DNA of 32,000 bases from Zygophlyctis sp. KS116 (Eukaryota > Fungi > Chytridiomycota): positions 30,001-62,000 of the forward strand of contig BAAFSQ010000004.1 in assembly GCA_054661495.1 (NCBI GenBank), given 5' to 3'. The translations under genes and the position numbers were made by a program. Shown here piece after piece: positions 26,707-32,000 of this stretch; position 1 is the stretch's first letter; each line of letters opens with the position of its first letter. A model generated the notes under the pieces. It did no database searches, was not told where the DNA came from, and worked only from the letters and a program-made list of their open reading frames with translations.

Positions 26707-29700
26707 CTATGTAATGATTCTAGGTCGAGCGAGTACACTGATGGAAGTGATCAATGTAAATGTGACAATCATTGAATTCCAGAATATAGGCCTATTATAT
26801 TCGGGAAATATCAAGAAGCAAATTTCAGGCACCAATCTAGAAAATAAATATTTGATGAAAATTACAAGAATAATAGTGATAAAGTCAGTAAAGTGTATAT
26901 ATATCGTAGATAACTTAAAGATTCTGTAAAATTAACAATTTAAACGTACCTATTGCCTTGATCGATGGATTAAAAAGGGATAAAAATCGTAAGTGGAAGC
27001 TTAGCCTTTCAGAATCGGGTATCTCCGTCTGAATTTCTTCAATATATGCTTGATTTGAATTATTTTTAGGAGAATTATTTGCCACTATAGTATTTGCTGA
27101 ATCAAGATATGACTCCAGTGGAAAAGATTCTGGATGTATATCGACAGAAATATTAGTTTTTAAAGGTGCGGATATTTTAGCCGGTAAGTTGGAGAGAATT
27201 CGTTCTAGCTTCTTAATAATAGAAGGTTCTACTGGTTCTTCGTCGATATTTTTGGCCCCTGCTTGTAACGGCGATGAATTAGAAATCATGTTCTGATTAG
27301 ATTCCTGCCTTTCTTGCGATATTTCTGATAAATCCAATCTTTTTTTAAGTTTTTTGCAATGTGCTTCAGACTGATTTAGCAGACCAAAAAGTTCTTCACA
27401 ATCCGACTCCAATTCACCTCTCTGTTTCTCCAAAGCATTAATACTTTGATGAAGCTGCCTTATCGTATCGCATTGCTCTTTATGATTAAATTTACTCATT
27501 CTTAATTCATCTTCAAGAACATCAATCTTATCTTTGTAATCATTCTGAATTATGTGACTTCGAACTTTCATTTCCTCAAAGTCGGTCATATAAGCCTTTT
27601 CTTGCTCATATTTGTTGCAAAAATTATACATGATAGCTTCCAATTTGGTTAGACTTTCAATTTGACTGAAATCGTCATCGAATTGCTGGTATGTTTCAGG
27701 AGAAACATTATGGATTAAGCGTATACAACATTTGATTGTATTTTTCAAAGTTTCGACCCTTTCTTGTAAAATCACTTTTTCATCCGCTAAATTTTGAATT
27801 TCGCTTCCTTGCAATTGAATGCCTTCCAATTCTTTATTGGTATTTTCATGTTTACAGTTGTTTACGTTGATTAATCCTGTTACTTTTTGAATCACATCTT
27901 CTATTTCTCGTCTCAATATTACCTTCATTTCAGGATGACCTGAAATACGGTTTAAATTTTCAAGAATGGCATCACTAGATAATCCGATAATGTCCGCAGC
28001 TAAAATATGATCCATTTTTATGCCACGCTGCTTATCTCGATAAATTTTTTCAATCTCTTCTTTATAATAAAATATATCTTCTTCGGCTGTTTTTAGTTCA
28101 GATAATAAGAGGGAGTTTTCTTCCGTTAATTTTTCTAATTTTTGTTGCAGAGGTTCCATTTTTTCACTCAAATTATTACTTTCGTGTTCTTTTACTAGAT
28201 CTAGCAAGCGCTGCTCTTTAACAGCATATTCAGCTTCAGTGAGCTTTAATACTTCTGTTATCTCTTTCTTTTCAGCTTTAATAATTTTAATTTTAGAGGA
28301 GAGCTTTTCATTTCTTTGTAAAGCATGGTCGAGTTCAGAACTTAAATTACTAATTTTGAATTCTGCATCTGCAAGGGCCGATGTTTTACTTTCAATTTCT
28401 ATTTGCAAAGATAAAGCATTGCTAATAAGCTGGTCCTCAGTCACCGTTTCAAGTTCTCTACTTTTTTCCTCGGTCATTAGCTCAAACATTTCCTTGCTTT
28501 GGTGATCTTCTGATAATTTAGATTCCAAAATAATTTCAAAATCTTGCACATTAGTCGATTTACACTCTTTGATATTTTGTGGGAGCAGCGTTTCGACAAC
28601 ACTTTCCAAAACATCTGCAGTTTCCTCTTTATCATGAAATTCAGAAAGTAAATTGAGCTTTTCAGTGCTCAATTGAGATATCTTTGATTCAGCATTCGAT
28701 GAGCTAGCCTCTAATTCTTGCAATTTATCTCTAAGACCGGACAGAGCAGTTTCATTTTGTGCATTTAATTCTGTCTGCTCTTCAAGACGAGCGTCTTTGT
28801 CATTCAAGTCAGCAAGCAGGCTCGATTTTTGAGAGTTTAGTTCAGATATCTGCGTAACAGCGTTTGCTAAGCCAGCCTCCAATTCTTGTATTTTTACTCT
28901 AAGAGCGGACAGAGCAGATTCATTTTGAGCATTTAAATCAGCCTGTTCTGCCAGCAGGGCGTTCATCTCTTCAATCTTTCCAACACGCAACTCCGATATC
29001 AGCGATTCAGCATCTGCTAAACTAGCTTCTAATTCTGAAATTCTCTCTTTGCCTGCCAAAAGATCAGAGTCAATCTTTGCCTTTAATTCAGTCTGCTCTA
29101 CCAAAAGGGCCTCTTTATCATTTAAAGCTTTTTGAAGAATATCTAAATCGTTTTCAAGCACAATATTGCTGTATGAAAAATCAGAAATTTGACTTTTGAG
29201 ATCCGAGATTTGCTGAGCGTATTCTTTTTCCATTGATTCCAAAACTTCAAATATAGTTTCTTGATCGGAAGCTTCATTTCCTTTCTTAGTCATTATCATC
29301 CTGAGTTCTACTAGTTTATTTTTAAGTATGAGGTATTCTGTTTTCAAAATATGCATTTCACATTTTTTCTCCTCATAACTTGTGTTAATTTCCACTTTGC
29401 TATTAGATAACTCCTGATTCTTTTTTCTAACTTGTTCCAGCTCCAGTGAAAGAAGTGACATTTGTTCTTGCATGAATTTTATTTCTTCTTGGTAGGAAAT
29501 TTCCCGTCTAACAAATTGCCCCTCTAAAGACTTTCTCTCCGCCAAAGATTTCCTTTGATTAGCCGAGTTTTCACGCTGAAATTTCTAATTTTAAGATTCT
29601 AAATCATACATTTTTCTCTAAAGATGTTTCCTTCTTAATTTCTTTTAAAGCTTCCCCAATAGCATCTGCCAGCTCATCAATAGATTCTATAGATTGTTCT

Positions 29701-30284
29701 TCTTGATCTGGATAAAGTATTTTCCAATAACTTGAAAGTTTAGAATAGAAAGCATCGTGAGTTCTAAAAACGGAAGCCTTGGTTTCTGACTTGAGACTCA
29801 CAAATGAATGTCTGACAGCATTTGAAAAGGTTTTAATAATCTTGTCCTCTCTTTCATTCTCTAAAACTGCTTTCTGCGACAATTGTAAGATATTTGATAC
29901 AAGAGAATACAAGTCTGTACTAACTTCATTATCGGGTTGTTGTAATGTTGGATCCCATTCATGATTAGGAACTTCATTGCTTGACAATTGATGTTCCATT
30001 TGAGAAATATGTTTAGATCTATTATAAGACGCATTTTCCAAATATATGATTCTTGTCCTTAATTTCTCTAATCTCCTTTGCATTATTTCTTGCTCTTGAG
30101 GCTCTACTTCTACTATTACGCTCTCAAGTACTGATAACTTATTAATAAGTGAGTTTTGTTCAAGTTTTTCTTTAGATTGCAACTAAGATAAGCGGTTTGA
30201 CAATACCTTTCTATTTATAATTGACTTGGGATAAGACAAATGGCCATCATCGGCATCCTTGATATTGGGACTAGAGTTGCTCAT
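26707..30284 (-). CDS. Long coiled-coil protein with C-terminal hydrophobic segments (golgin-like membrane tether?). Introns 30183-30206, 29585-29609, 26924-26949, 26837-26865
   Basis: Glu/Leu/Lys-rich heptads over about 1000 aa. The spliced C-terminus is YIYTLLTLSLLFLLVPEICFLIF...IFWNSMIVTFTLITSISVLA. The last two introns are inferred without homology. Confidence 0.65.
28630..29130 (-). repeat. Three degenerate intragenic tandem repeats (periods 150 and 168 nt)
   Basis: EQTELKAK / EQADLNAQNESALS / EQTELNAQNETALS...ELEA...ISEL. At DNA level cattttgWgcatttaa occurs at 28753 and 28921, and related tcWgYctgYtc at 28770, 28938 and 29088. Confidence 0.8.
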
Positions 30285-30416
30285 TCCCTTTTTGTTTTAG
30301 TTGCACGTCATCCCATTGTTCTCGTCATATTAAAGATGAGTTATGCAAATCTTGATTGTTAAGAATCTATTAATAATGTTTAAACAATTGATAGTAAATT
30401 TATAATCTTTAGACAA

Positions 30417-31157
30417 TCAAGATTCCCCAATTTTTCCAAAAACATTACAACTGAGTGAAAACCCCAACAATAAGACCAATATTACACACAGAATTGCCAA
30501 AGCTCTTATCATCCGCTGTACAACAGCACCTTTAGGAATATCTTTAAGATCTATTTCGTCACTAACCTCTACAATATGATTAGAACCTTTAAGAAGCAAT
30601 AATTTTTGTTCTAAATCATGCAGCCTTTTAGCATTAGTTCCATTTAAACTTTCCAAAATTTGAATAGAATCTTTTGTTTGACGAACTTGAAGTATTACAT
30701 TTTCATAATTATCATATTCTTTCTGTGCATTTACCAAAAAACTTGATAATGTTTCTATTGTTGTATCAAGAATTTTAATTTCAGCATTAATACTTTTAAC
30801 TTCTTCTGATCTTCTACCCGATAATTCCTGAGTAAGAAAATATCTTTTTTTCTCTGCTTGTGCTAAACATGTCTTAATTTCCTCCAAAGAAGCTCCTAAA
30901 TTCTGCCTTATAACTAATGACAGTAAAGTATTTGTGAGTAATTGAGAAGTACTATTTTCTGGAGCTGAGTCCATCAGTTCTGCAAGAGATTCTGAGACTT
31001 TAAGGTACAGTCCTTCTGATGTCAGATCACTATCCTTTTCTATATCCGGTGAAAAACTCTGAATTGCATCAGTTATTGGTCTCTGGTCTGCTTGATCTGC
31101 AGTCTCTTTATCAATTTCAATAGCAGTCTCTTTAATATTATCTGTTACACTTGGCAT
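30417..31157 (-). CDS. Hypothetical coiled-coil protein with C-terminal transmembrane helix (tail-anchored)
   Basis: Intronless 246-aa ORF with ALAILCVILVLLLGFSL near the C-terminus. Confidence 0.7.
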   Translation of the reverse strand: MPSVTDNIKETAIEIDKETADQADQRPITDAIQSFSPDIEKDSDLTSEGLYLKVSESLAELMDSAPENSTSQLLTNTLLSLVIRQNLGASLEEIKTCLAQAEKKRYFLTQELSGRRSEEVKSINAEIKILDTTIETLSSFLVNAQKEYDNYENVILQVRQTKDSIQILESLNGTNAKRLHDLEQKLLLLKGSNHIVEVSDEIDLKDIPKGAVVQRMIRALAILCVILVLLLGFSLSCNVFGKIGES

Positions 31158-31357
31158 TTCAGTGGTATTTTAAGAAAGGACGGCGGGACAGCGGCAACGT
31201 CATTGCCAATTTTAACGCAAACAGAGAATTTTCGGACAAAAGTCCTTTTAGACCCCTTTGATGCCTGAAACCCCCTACAGATCCTTTATAGATCCCTTTG
31301 GACCCCAGAATCCCAACGGTTGAAAAATAGAATAGACGGTTTTCGGATAATTTCAAA

Positions 31358-32000
31358 ATGATCAAGATAATGTTGATGTTGATAATAGCTTTCGGTTTGA
31401 CTGATTGTCTGAGAGTAGAAAAGGCAATAGATCAAATCTCTGGATCAGTTCTAAAAGCAATCAAATATTTGCCTTTTCGGACTGACATTGGCCTAAAGTT
31501 TCACAAGATTGCACCAAAAATAATAGAACTACACTATTATGATTACTTGAACTTGGAAAAGCCTACAAAGAATGATTTACTTGATGCAATCTATAAAACA
31601 ACTTTGGACTTACAGTTGGGCTTATTAAGAAATAGAATGGAAAAAAGAGATACAGCCATGAAAGGATCCGATTTAATTGCTCATGATCTTGATGGGAGAA
31701 GAGAATATCTGCTAAAGACTAACCAAGATTATCAGAGTTTATATGAAAAAGAACAGTTCTTGCAAGAGAAAGCATTGGATCAGCAAGCAATGGATTTTGA
31801 CAATTTTCTAGATTCTTTGGAAAATGATGAGCCAATGGATAACAAACCATTGTTGGATTTCACAATGGAAATCATGGATACTCAATTAGAAAAAGACTCT
31901 TTAGAAAGTTCTATTCTAGATAATGACCAAGAATTGAAAGATTTACATCAGGAATTAGTCAATATTGAGCCTGATCATAAATATCTGAAACTGGAAAAAT
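31358..32000 (+). CDS. Hypothetical secreted acidic protein (3' end outside window; absent from the ORF track)
   Basis: ATG at 31358 in caaaATG context. MIKIMLMLIIAFGLTDC is signal-peptide-like, and the frame stays open for 214 codons to the window end. Confidence 0.7.
   Translation, partial: MIKIMLMLIIAFGLTDCLRVEKAIDQISGSVLKAIKYLPFRTDIGLKFHKIAPKIIELHYYDYLNLEKPTKNDLLDAIYKTTLDLQLGLLRNRMEKRDTAMKGSDLIAHDLDGRREYLLKTNQDYQSLYEKEQFLQEKALDQQAMDFDNFLDSLENDEPMDNKPLLDFTMEIMDTQLEKDSLESSILDNDQELKDLHQELVNIEPDHKYLKLEK

Noticed and set aside
30308-30328. Six-codon uORF upstream of the coiled-coil gene
   Set aside because: It may lie upstream of the TSS and is expected by chance.

Overview
This is AT-rich, very compact eukaryotic DNA, most consistent with an early-diverging (probably zoosporic, chytrid-like) fungus. 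That placement is inferred from alpha-aminoadipate lysine genes and RIT1 occurring alongside MDH1B-like and inversin-like genes. I reconstruct 19 protein-coding genes, two cut by the window edges. The fragmented ORF track is explained by about 47 spliceosomal introns located by hand, 46 of them only 24-34 nt. Most intergenic spacers are under 200 nt, and one convergent pair overlaps. Main observations: (1) three lysine-pathway genes (homocitrate synthase, homoisocitrate dehydrogenase, saccharopine reductase) are co-oriented within 14.3 kb and interleaved with housekeeping genes; (2) the one long intron (166 nt, importin-5 gene) holds a box C/D RNA whose D-box guide matches the U2 snRNA Am30 site; (3) an OLE1-like desaturase has lost its His boxes but keeps an intact cytochrome b5 domain, next to an ABCA transporter and near two tandem fatty-acid-hydroxylase-type P450s; (4) a stand-alone MDH1B N-terminal-domain gene ends 7 nt before the LYS12 start codon. 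All family assignments come from recalled motifs; no searches were run.
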